This document shows positions 1 to 8,110 of a DNA stretch of 64,000 bases, piece by piece. A model generated the notes under the pieces. It had not been told where the DNA came from. It worked only from the letters and a program-made list of their open reading frames with translations, and did not search any database. Both the position numbers and the translations under genes were made by a program. Numbering within the stretch: position 1 is the stretch's first letter; each line of letters starts with the position of its first letter. This stretch comes from Acidimicrobiia bacterium (GTDB lineage: Bacteria > Actinomycetota > Acidimicrobiia > Spongiisociales > ZC4RG35), in contig OZ244856.1 of NCBI GenBank assembly GCA_965220995.1, positions 514,928-578,927 on the forward strand, read 5' to 3'.

Positions 1-501
1 CCCGGTCGGCTCGTCCAACAGGAGGATTTGCGGTTCCTGGGCGATTGCCCTGGCCAGAACCACACGGCGCCGCTCCCCGCCGCTGAGTTCGGACATCTTG
101 CGCCCGGCGAAACGTCCGAGATCCAGCAGATCAAGAGCCGATGAGGCAGACTTGAGGTCACTACGGCCTTCCGAACCGAGATAGGACAGATGGGGTGTCC
201 TACCCAGCAGCACGTATTCGGTGACCGTCATTTCGAGGGGGATCATGGGCTCCTGGGGAACGAAGGCCACTGCCCGGGCCCGGGCCCGCCTCGGCATCGA
301 AGTTGAATCGGACCCCAGCAACTCGACGGTTCCCGAGTGCCGCACCAGGCCGGCGATGGCTTTGAGCAGAGTCGACTTGCCGGCGCCGTTGGGTCCCAGA
401 AGGCCGAGCCACTCCCCGGTGGCGACCTCCAGGTTCAGGTCCTCCAACACCGGCAAACCGGGTTGGTAGGACACCGACAGTCTGCGGACCGCCACGGTCA
501 T
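1..501 (-). CDS. ABC transporter ATP-binding protein, iron-siderophore/cobalamin (FecE/FepC) type; C-terminal part cut by the window start
   Basis: Reverse-strand translation of bases 1-120 gives LGRFAGRKMSELSGGERRRVVLARAIAQEPQILLLDEPTG (ABC signature and Walker B). Start ATG near 501 overlaps the permease stop. Confidence 0.85.
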   Translation of the reverse strand, partial: MTVAVRRLSVSYQPGLPVLEDLNLEVATGEWLGLLGPNGAGKSTLLKAIAGLVRHSGTVELLGSDSTSMPRRARARAVAFVPQEPMIPLEMTVTEYVLLGRTPHLSYLGSEGRSDLKSASSALDLLDLGRFAGRKMSELSGGERRRVVLARAIAQEPQILLLDEPTG

Positions 502-1541
502 GCCACATACCGCCGGGTGGTGCGCAGCACGACCAGGAAAAACGGAGCTCCCACGAAGGCGGTGATGACCCCGATGGGCAGTTCGGCCGGGCTGGCCACG
601 GTGCGGGCGACCAGGTCGGCGAGGATCAGGAAGGCGGCCCCGGCAATCATGGAAACCGGTATGAGCGACCGATAGCTAACCCCGATCACCAGCCTGACCA
701 TGTGCGGAATCACTATGCCGACAAAACCGATCAGTCCGCTCACCGCCACCGCCGCGGCCGTCGCCAGGGTGGAGAAGATGACCACGGTGATACGAACCCT
801 GGTGGCCGACACTCCCAGGCTGTCCACCTCCTCGTCTCCCACGCTCATCACGTCCAGCAGGCGCCTGTGCAAAAGCAACCCCGTACCGCAGACCGCCGCG
901 TATGGGATTAGCACCAGCACCTCACTCCACCCGGTGGTGGCCAATAGACCGAGAATCCACGAGTACACCTGCCGGATGGTGTCGGCGTTGGTCTGCATGA
1001 TGTAGGTCTGCGCGGCGGTGAAAAAGGCCGCCACCGCCACTCCGGCGAGTATGAGCGACACCGCGCTCCTGCCTCCCATCGACCGCCCCAGGGTGTAGGT
1101 GAGGGCGACCGCCACCAGCGCGCCGATGAATGCGGCCAGGGGCAGCATGATGGCTGCGGCGCCGGGCGCCAGGGCGATCACCACCGTGGCCCCCAGTCCG
1201 CCGCCGGCCGCCACGCCCAGCAGGTACGGGTCGGCCAGAGGGTTGCGGAATACTCCCTGGTAGGAGGCGCCCGCCAAGGCGAGCAGGCAACCCACCAGGC
1301 CACCCAGGACGACTCGAGGGAGGCGGATCTCCCAGATGATTGCCTGCTGGATGCCGGAGAGAGTCGAGGGCTGTCCGACCAGTCCGACGCCCACCAACTC
1401 GGTTATCACCTGCCGCGGGCTGATTCCCGCCGGACCGATCGTGATCCCCGCCACCATCGCCACCACCAACGCGGCCAGCATCACGGTCATCCAGCCCCAT
1501 CGCAGCCGCAGACGACGCGGCGAGGCCGTGGAGTCATCCAT
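498..1541 (-). CDS. FecCD-family ABC transporter permease (iron-siderophore/B12 import)
   Basis: 347-aa polytopic membrane protein with typical FecCD motifs (GAAFLILADLVARTV...PIGVITAFVGAPFFLVVL). Lies between the SBP and ATPase genes. Confidence 0.9.
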   Translation of the reverse strand: MDDSTASPRRLRLRWGWMTVMLAALVVAMVAGITIGPAGISPRQVITELVGVGLVGQPSTLSGIQQAIIWEIRLPRVVLGGLVGCLLALAGASYQGVFRNPLADPYLLGVAAGGGLGATVVIALAPGAAAIMLPLAAFIGALVAVALTYTLGRSMGGRSAVSLILAGVAVAAFFTAAQTYIMQTNADTIRQVYSWILGLLATTGWSEVLVLIPYAAVCGTGLLLHRRLLDVMSVGDEEVDSLGVSATRVRITVVIFSTLATAAAVAVSGLIGFVGIVIPHMVRLVIGVSYRSLIPVSMIAGAAFLILADLVARTVASPAELPIGVITAFVGAPFFLVVLRTTRRYVA

Positions 1542-1547
1542 TGATCA

Positions 1548-2669
1548 TCAACCGCCTTCGGTCATGGTCCGGAGCGTTTCTCCGATCAGTTGGGCGAACT
1601 GGATCAACCGGGGCCCCCACCTGCTGGAAAGGTCGTCATCGACCTCGAACATGCGCCCGGCGCCGACCGCCTGGAGCTCACTCCACCCGGGTCGTTCCGC
1701 TATTACCTCGGGGGTTGTCCCGCACCATTCCGCACAGCCGTAGAAGATGATGTCGGGATCCGACTCCAGGATGTACTCGGCAGAGAGTTGGGGGTAGCCG
1801 ACGCCATCCGGATCGGCCGCGTCCGCGATGTTCTCCAAACCGAACAGGGCGTAGACGGCGCCTATGAAGGTTCCGGAGGTCGCCGAGAAGAACGAGTCCG
1901 ATATCTCGTGATAGAAGGTGAGTTCCCGCTCCGGGTCACCATACCGATCCACCAGTTGAGAGATCTCGTCCTGCAAAGAATCCACCAATGAACCGGCCTC
2001 ATCAGCATGACCCGTGGCTGATCCCATCGAAAGGATCTGCCGGTAGGCGTCCTCCAGGTTTAGGGCCGCCTCCAGGATCAATACCGGGATGCCCAGAGCC
2101 TCGAGACCTGAGACTATCTCTTCGGGACTCTGCGCCATCACCACCAGGTCGGGCTCGTAGGCGGCTATGGCCTCCAGGTTGGGCCGGAATCCGCTCAGTT
2201 CGGTTATCGGCGTGTCCTCCGGATAGTCGGAATACGAGTCCACCGCCACCACCTGGCTTCCCGCCCCGACCCCGAAAAGCATCTCCGTGGCAGAGGGTGA
2301 AAGCGAAACGATGGCGGTGGGTCTGGCGGGTATCACCACCCCCGCAACCGTCACCGGAAACTCGCTGACCGGGGCTTCCGTCGTGGTGGTCGGGGCAACG
2401 GTTGTGGTAGTGGTCGGAGCGACAGTTGTGGTCGGTGCGACAGTTGTGGTCGGTGCGGTCGTGGTTGGTGCGGTCGTGGTTGGTGGAGCGCCGGTTGTGG
2501 TTGGGGCCACGGTTGTGGTGGTTTCAGGTTGGGACGCTTGGGTTGTCGGAGTTGTGGACCCTTCTGTGGTCACCGTCCCGGATGCGGTTTCTCCATCATC
2601 ACCGCCGCAGGCGGCGAACAGCATCAACAGGACGGCCAACAGAAGACCGAGTGGGTGTTTTCCTTGCAA
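1548..2669 (-). CDS. Periplasmic substrate-binding lipoprotein of an iron-siderophore/cobalamin-type ABC importer, with Thr/Pro-rich linker
   Basis: Signal peptide plus lipobox (LLMLFAACGG), then a TTTAPTTTVAPTTT low-complexity linker, then a class III SBP fold. First gene of the SBP-permease-ATPase operon. Confidence 0.8.
   Translation of the reverse strand: MQGKHPLGLLLAVLLMLFAACGGDDGETASGTVTTEGSTTPTTQASQPETTTTVAPTTTGAPPTTTAPTTTAPTTTVAPTTTVAPTTTTTVAPTTTTEAPVSEFPVTVAGVVIPARPTAIVSLSPSATEMLFGVGAGSQVVAVDSYSDYPEDTPITELSGFRPNLEAIAAYEPDLVVMAQSPEEIVSGLEALGIPVLILEAALNLEDAYRQILSMGSATGHADEAGSLVDSLQDEISQLVDRYGDPERELTFYHEISDSFFSATSGTFIGAVYALFGLENIADAADPDGVGYPQLSAEYILESDPDIIFYGCAEWCGTTPEVIAERPGWSELQAVGAGRMFEVDDDLSSRWGPRLIQFAQLIGETLRTMTEGG
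2380..2540. repeat. Imperfect tandem repeats (12-15 bp units) encoding the Thr/Pro/Val-rich linker of the SBP
   Basis: Reiterated gtggtcgg(t/a)gcgac(a/g)gttgtg units are visible directly in the sequence. Confidence 0.6.
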
Positions 2670-3035
2670 GAGACATCCTCCTCAAATCAGGGAGAATGAG
2701 AAGAAGTCATCTGACTTCAAGTCGCTGGAACCCAGCACGAGCAACCCTTCCTCCGAGAACTGATACGTGACCGTGGGTCAGGCGCCCTGGCTCGTCCCCC
2801 TCCCGAAGGACAGGGCTTGACAGTTGCGGGACAGCGCCGGACTTAAACCGGACTTCGCTGAGTTCCACGGTGCCCGGTTGTATGCCCGGGCCGCAATGTA
2901 CTATAGCGGGCCGGAGGTCGAGCCGGCTCCACGGAAGGCTGGGCGGCCTGAGTTCCGGGAGTCCGGCTCAGCTTCGGGACTGCGGCCCTCGGCCCTTACA
3001 GTTGGGGAGCAGTTTGGGACTGCCCGTGGCCGGAC

Positions 3036-3626
3036 CTATTGGGTGTGGCCAACATTTGGTAGAACCCTGGTTGGCGACCTGCCGGCCACCGGCAGTCCCA
3101 GCAGGACCCGCACCAGGTAGGCGGTGGCGCCCCACAGCCACTCTCCGCTCACGGAAAAGAACCACAGCGGCACGCCGGCCCAACTTCGATCGATCCAATT
3201 GTCGGGATCGGCCAGGGCTTCCAGTGATGGAGTGATGATTCTCTCCACCTCATCGGGAGAGGGGATGAAAACCGGTGGGCCGTCCAGTCGGGCCACCATA
3301 CCCAACAGCGGAAGGGCAAACCGCACCGTCCGGATCATCGGAAGATAGCCCAGAACCTCCACCACAGAGGGATCGACACCTATCTCCTCCCGGGTTTCAC
3401 GAAGAGCGGTGTCCACCGGACCGAGGTCTTCGGCATGAGGTTTGCCACCGGGAAATGAGAGTTGACCGGCGTGGCTGTTGAGGTTTCTGGCCCGTTTGGT
3501 GAGCACCAAACGTAGAATTCCTTGCTCATCCGCGTATACGAGAGCCAAAACCGCCGCCACCTCCCCTTCGGTAAGCACAGGCTCGGCGGAGGAATAATGA
3601 AGATGATCCCACATGCTCTCCATCAT
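3036..3626 (-). CDS. NUDIX hydrolase, CoA pyrophosphatase (NudL-like)
   Basis: Nudix box GGKPHAEDLGPVDTALRETREEIG. NudL-like motif LTKRARNLNSHAGQLSFPGG. Start trimmed to MMESMWDHL; the ORF track extends to 3686. Confidence 0.75.
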   Translation of the reverse strand: MMESMWDHLHYSSAEPVLTEGEVAAVLALVYADEQGILRLVLTKRARNLNSHAGQLSFPGGKPHAEDLGPVDTALRETREEIGVDPSVVEVLGYLPMIRTVRFALPLLGMVARLDGPPVFIPSPDEVERIITPSLEALADPDNWIDRSWAGVPLWFFSVSGEWLWGATAYLVRVLLGLPVAGRSPTRVLPNVGHTQ

Positions 3627-3655
3627 GGTATGAATGGTCGGACAACCGAAAACCC

Positions 3656-4237
3656 GTGAACAACTACTTCCATTCCGTACCGCCAACCCTTCCCACCGAA
3701 CGACTGCGGCTGCGCCGGTTCCGCTTCAGAGACGCCCGGCCCCTGGCGGAGGCCGTGGGGCATTCGCTTCCCGAATTGAGCCGGTGGTTGCCCTGGGCGC
3801 AGGGTTTGTACGGCCTCCCCGAAGCCCGGATCTTTATCAAGTCATCCGCCCGTTCCTGGAGACGAGGAAGGGCCTTTGATTTTTCGGTGAGGCTGAAGAC
3901 AGGCACCCCTGAAATCGTGGGAGGCCTGGGGATTTGGCATACCTCTCACACCGAAAAGAGCGGAGAAATCGGATACTGGATCAGAAGCGATCTGACCGGA
4001 ATAGGCCTGGCCACCGAGGCCGCCGGAGCGGTGGTAGCCCTGGGGTTTGAGAACATGGGTCTTCACAGAATCCTGATGCGCATCGCCGTGGGCAACCATC
4101 CGAGCCGACGGGTAGCCGAGAAACTAGGGTTTACCTACGAAGGCGTAGCCCGGGAGGAAATCTTGGTGCGAGGACAATGGATGGACCATGAGGTATATTC
4201 GCTCCTGGACCGGGAATGGCATCTGAGACCGCAATGA
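3656..4237 (+). CDS. GNAT family N-acetyltransferase (RimJ/RimL-like)
   Basis: 193 aa. TERLRLRRF N-terminus and an acetyl-CoA binding core (GYWIRSDLTGIGLATEA...RVAEKLGF). Confidence 0.8.
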   Translation: MNNYFHSVPPTLPTERLRLRRFRFRDARPLAEAVGHSLPELSRWLPWAQGLYGLPEARIFIKSSARSWRRGRAFDFSVRLKTGTPEIVGGLGIWHTSHTEKSGEIGYWIRSDLTGIGLATEAAGAVVALGFENMGLHRILMRIAVGNHPSRRVAEKLGFTYEGVAREEILVRGQWMDHEVYSLLDREWHLRPQ

Positions 4238-5334
4238 ACGTTGGGCTTCCCCCCGGCTCGGTGGCGGTGGTGCTCGGGACCCGCCCGGAGGTCATCAAAC
4301 TGGCGCACATCATCCGTTTGCTGGGTCCGGCGGCCCGGGTGATCCACACCGGACAGCATTACGACACCAATCTCTCTGAGGCATTTTTTCGGGCATTCGA
4401 CCTGGCCCCGCCCAACCGTTTCCTGGAGGTGGGGGGAGAACCGAGAGGCATCCAGATCGGTGAGGCCACCTCCCGATTGACCCGATTGTTCGCAGACACC
4501 CCTCCTGGCGCAGTGGTCGTTCAAGGTGACACCAACGCGGTGCTGGCCGGGTCATTGGCCGCCAACGCCACCGAAATCCCCCTGGTGCATGTCGAAGCAG
4601 GACTGCGAAGCTACGACCGCGCCATGCCCGAGGAACACAATCGGGTGGTATGCGATCATCTTTCGGATTTGTGCCTGGCGCCCACCGAGACATCCGCCGC
4701 CAACCTGGCCAGGGAAGGAATCGTAGGCAACCGGGTGGTCATCACCGGCAACCCGGTGGTGGAGGCGCTTCGGTCGCTTCTTCCGCCTGCCGACCGAAGG
4801 GCTGATCTGATGAGTCACCACGGCTTGACGGCCGGTGGTTTCATTCTCTCTACCTTTCATCGACCCGAGAACGTCGACCATCCCCGAACCTGGGAAACCA
4901 TCCTCTCCGATCTGGCCCGACTGCCCCTGCCGGTGGTGCTGCCCTTGCATCCCCGCAGCCGACAGCGGGCGGCGGCGTTCGGCCTTGATTCCCTGCTTGA
5001 TCGGCTGCGGGTGGTGGATCCCCTCCCCTATCCCGATTTTCTGGCTCTCCTGGCGGAATGCGCCCTGGCGGTTTCCGATTCAGGAGGCGTGCAGGAGGAG
5101 GTGTCGGTGATCAAGCGTCCGGTGGTGGTGGTCCGCAACTCCACCGAACGCCCCGAGGTACTGGGGACCTTTGCCACCCTCCATCGGCCGGGCGACGGTG
5201 TGGTCGAAGCCATCCTGGAGATCGTGGAATCTCTGGATGAGGTCCATCATCGACTCTCTCGGACTCCCACGCCCTACGGTGACGGATCAGCCTCCCGGCG
5301 GTCGGTCGAGCTCATCGGGCAACTGGTTTCATAA
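4216..5334 (+). CDS. wecB: UDP-N-acetylglucosamine 2-epimerase (non-hydrolysing)
   Basis: VVLGTRPEVIKLAHII, HVEAGLRSYD and NTVLAGS motifs. The true start may be the internal Met at 4234, which avoids overlap with the GNAT gene. Confidence 0.85.
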   Translation: MASETAMNVGLPPGSVAVVLGTRPEVIKLAHIIRLLGPAARVIHTGQHYDTNLSEAFFRAFDLAPPNRFLEVGGEPRGIQIGEATSRLTRLFADTPPGAVVVQGDTNAVLAGSLAANATEIPLVHVEAGLRSYDRAMPEEHNRVVCDHLSDLCLAPTETSAANLAREGIVGNRVVITGNPVVEALRSLLPPADRRADLMSHHGLTAGGFILSTFHRPENVDHPRTWETILSDLARLPLPVVLPLHPRSRQRAAAFGLDSLLDRLRVVDPLPYPDFLALLAECALAVSDSGGVQEEVSVIKRPVVVVRNSTERPEVLGTFATLHRPGDGVVEAILEIVESLDEVHHRLSRTPTPYGDGSASRRSVELIGQLVS

Positions 5335-5504
5335 GCCAAGACGGGAGGAGTAATCCCCGAGCAGCGCCGAACCCTCCCCCCTTGGTTCGCCAAACGTTCC
5401 GAGAAACCTTGCGCTCTGTTTTTGTTTGTGATACCCAGACCTCCTACGGGCCCCTCCTGTGATTAGCCTTTGAGGGGTCCATTCGTCTCCAAGAAGGGAG
5501 CAAC

Positions 5505-5918
5505 ATGAACGCACAGGACTTCAGAAAGGGTGTTGTCCCCGGCGTCCTGTCCGGCTATATCTTCCTTGCCTATGCGGGCGGGGGAATGCAGGACATGATC
5601 GGCGGGATGATCGACTCCAACGATTTCGTCGGGTTCATCCTGCACATCGTGTTCAGTGCCGTTATCGGAGGCCTCTACACGGCCTTGTTCACCCGCTACG
5701 TGAACATAGCTCACCCCCTGACAAACGTCGGGATCGGTGGCCTCATCTACGGGATCATCTGGTGGGTCGTGGGCGGCAACCTGATCATGCCGCTCATCGC
5801 CGGCGGTGATGTGTTCCAGTTCGAGATCGGCGCCAGCTTCTATGGCCACATAATCTTCGGCCACACCCTCGCCGCATATATGATCTTGCGCAACATCGTG
5901 ATGCCGGATAGCGACTAG
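5505..5918 (+). CDS. Small integral membrane protein (137 aa, Gly-rich TM helices), unknown function
   Basis: GGGAG RBS 7 nt upstream of the ATG. 3-4 predicted TM helices. Lower GC than its surroundings. Followed by a terminator. Confidence 0.6.
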   Translation: MNAQDFRKGVVPGVLSGYIFLAYAGGGMQDMIGGMIDSNDFVGFILHIVFSAVIGGLYTALFTRYVNIAHPLTNVGIGGLIYGIIWWVVGGNLIMPLIAGGDVFQFEIGASFYGHIIFGHTLAAYMILRNIVMPDSD

Positions 5919-5955
5919 CCAACCCGCAGACAAGCCAACTCAAGCAAAGTAGTTA

Positions 5956-5993
5956 GCGGAGCCGCCAACCCCATCGGCGGCTCCGTTTCTCTT
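5956..5993 (+). terminator. Rho-independent terminator after the small membrane protein gene
   Basis: cggagccgcc / ggcggctccg 10-bp stem with a ~8-nt loop, followed by tttctctt. Confidence 0.6.
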
Positions 5994-5999
5994 GCCTGC

Positions 6000-6233
6000 T
6001 CAGGAATCCGGTAGGCCATCCGGCGGAGTTCGCCCCCCGGAATCGTCCAATAACGGATCCTCCTGGCCGAGCCCGGGCCTTTCAAACCACTTGGCTGGCA
6101 TAGGCGAGACGATGTCTCCGATGACCCTGATGTTCTCCCGGTTGCGCCCAAAGTACAAGCCCTGTTTGTCGCTCTTCTCGATTGACGACGGCACAGGGGC
6201 TTGGGCATCGTTCCTCTGTTCCGGATCGGACAT
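6000..6233 (-). CDS. Hypothetical small acidic protein (77 aa), antisense to the accessory patch
   Basis: ORF with a GGAG RBS 5 nt upstream of the ATG. Lower-GC codon usage. No recognisable domain. Confidence 0.3.
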   Translation of the reverse strand: MSDPEQRNDAQAPVPSSIEKSDKQGLYFGRNRENIRVIGDIVSPMPAKWFERPGLGQEDPLLDDSGGRTPPDGLPDS

Positions 6234-6632
6234 CTCCGGCTGAAGAGTCTAATCCAACACGAGGTTGAGAAGGGTGCTGTGTCGCAACGTAGAATTTGGC
6301 ATCCAGGCAAGCCATCACAGCAGTTCACACCGCAAGAAACCTCTGCTGACATTTCGGGAGGGCAACCCCGGCGAACCCCCCGAGGGCCCGACCGCACGCT
6401 CATTCATTGCGGCCCCTAACGAAGGCCAAGGTTGCTGAACTCCCTCTTATAGGATGGTGCACCCATGGGACACTCACGGCGGTCAGATGTCCCGCGGGGG
6501 CTGTTGTTGGCGGTAGTTGTAGGGGATCACCGAAATTCCCCAGCTCCTTGGTGGGATGGGGCTCGGGCAGTGTAGGTGGCGTCTATCACCGTCCCTCAAC
6601 GAAGGCCGGAGTCGCGACCCCGGCGAGACTGA

Positions 6633-6833
6633 GTTCTCCACCATCGGACAAAGACCAATACCGAGATTGACTTTGTCGGGCCGGGCTTTGGGGAAGTCGC
6701 ACTGGAGTCAAAGTACGTGGACGGCGGGTGGCGGCGCAACGCCGCAAAAACCCTTCGAGCAAGCCAGTGGCGGGGCATAGTAGCAACCCGGACCGAGTTG
6801 AACCTCGATGACCCCGAGGTGATTGCCGTGCCC
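6633..6833 (+). pseudogene. Start-less C-terminal fragment resembling the DUF4143 domain of AAA-ATPase (archaeal-type ATPase) proteins; probable gene remnant
   Basis: The frame opening right after a TGA reads ...TEIDFVGPGFGEVALESKYVDGGWRR...EVIAVPTAMLAWLLDV. This resembles the EVDFV...IEVK...ALPLSxLW C-terminus of DUF4143 ATPases. No start codon. Upstream frames are broken. Confidence 0.3.
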
Positions 6834-7089
6834 ACTGCCATGCTGGCCTGGTTACTGGATGTCTGAAGACCCTGCAGGGGAAGGTGGATAAGACGTAGAA
6901 AACAGACCGGCATCAGTATTCAGATGGGTCGAACTCTGAGATCACCTGGCGTTTGCCAAAGTGTCACAGCCCCGTTCTATTGTGCCATAGGCATAGTTCA
7001 AAACGATCTATGGGTCCCAAAAGGCCCAGGCTATCTGTCCTCCGGTCACACGGGCGGGGGTCGAAGCCGAAGAAAGGGGAGCAAACCAA

Positions 7090-8016
7090 GTGACCGAACA
7101 TTTCGACCAAACAAACGCATCCATCTTGCATCTGGAGCGGGCGGCGGTCGGTCGGCCGATCACTCGCCTCGGAGTTTCCTTTTTCCCCGTTTACCTGCCG
7201 GAGAACCACCTTCCGGAAATCGCCACCGGGCGGGACTCGCACCTGACCATCGAAGAGTTGGATGACTCCACAGTTCCGTTGCTCAGTGCGCAGAATCCCT
7301 CCGACCTCCCCGTGCTGATTCCCGAGGGTGAACAACTGGTCGGGGGACTGCAGGACAGGGTTCTCAACATCAGTGTTCTGGTGGCCGCCTCGGTGAGTGT
7401 GAAAATACCCGTCTCCTGTATCGAGATGGGACGATGGGGCAACCGACGGGGTTTCGAAAGGGGTCAGGCATATGCGCCCAGACGGACCCGCAGGGCCAAG
7501 AACAGATCGGTTGCCCGGTCGGTTCGCGCCAGCGGCGCTCCGCGGAGCGACCAGGCCGCGGTTTGGCACTCGGTGGACGAGGAACTGGCACGGGTAGACG
7601 TGGCTTCCCCGACCAGCGCGATGCGCGACGCCGAGCAGTTCCTCCATGCCGATCATCGCCGCGCCGGGACGATCAATCATCTGGCGGGAATCGGGGCGCT
7701 GCCCGGCCAGTGCGGGATTGTGGTAACTCATGGGAAGCGGGTGGTGGCGATGGAGATATTCGGCAACCACCAACTGCTGGTCCCCCATTGGGACGGCCTG
7801 ATCCGCTCCTACCTGATGGAGAAGCCGTCATCGGGCGGGTATCCCTCCGCCACCAGCGCCCTGTGGGCGCTCGGCCGTTTCAGCCAGGCCCCGGCGGTGG
7901 GGAAATCAGGAGTCGGCCTCGGTGTGGAATTGCATGTCGAGACCCATCGCCTGGTGGGTCAAGCCTTGACCCTGAATGGTTCCCTGGTCCACGCATCGGC
8001 CTTCATGATCACGTAG
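7090..8016 (+). CDS. Hypothetical protein (308 aa), unknown family
   Basis: GTG start with an AAGGGGAG RBS. Clear third-position GC bias. Contains HADHRRAGTINHLAGIGALPGQCGIVVTHGKRVVAMEIFGNHQLLVPHWDGL. I cannot place it in a family. Confidence 0.6.
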   Translation: MTEHFDQTNASILHLERAAVGRPITRLGVSFFPVYLPENHLPEIATGRDSHLTIEELDDSTVPLLSAQNPSDLPVLIPEGEQLVGGLQDRVLNISVLVAASVSVKIPVSCIEMGRWGNRRGFERGQAYAPRRTRRAKNRSVARSVRASGAPRSDQAAVWHSVDEELARVDVASPTSAMRDAEQFLHADHRRAGTINHLAGIGALPGQCGIVVTHGKRVVAMEIFGNHQLLVPHWDGLIRSYLMEKPSSGGYPSATSALWALGRFSQAPAVGKSGVGLGVELHVETHRLVGQALTLNGSLVHASAFMIT

Positions 8017-8110
8017 GGCGGTCTGACCGGATAATGCGGATCCCCTCCCGGGGGTCCGCACCCGGTCTGAACTGAACTGTTGGAGGAGGTCTGCGGAAAC
8101 CTGCAAGTGG

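Noticed and set aside
2670-3035. Cobalamin riboswitch upstream of the FecCD-type importer
   Set aside because: Searched both strands for the B12 box GCCACTG and associated conserved stems. They are not present. Kept only as a long leader of unknown nature.
5915-6403. 162-aa minus-strand ORF across the accessory patch
   Set aside because: Cys/Arg-rich implausible product, no RBS, and it overlaps the better-supported 77-aa ORF and the terminator.
6250-7060. tRNA, tmRNA, RNase P or SRP RNA in the 850-bp non-coding stretch
   Set aside because: Looked for T-arm GGTTCGAATCC-like motifs, the tmRNA 3' tRNA-like end, the RNase P AGGAAAGTCCGG block and the SRP GGAAGCAGCC motif. None found.
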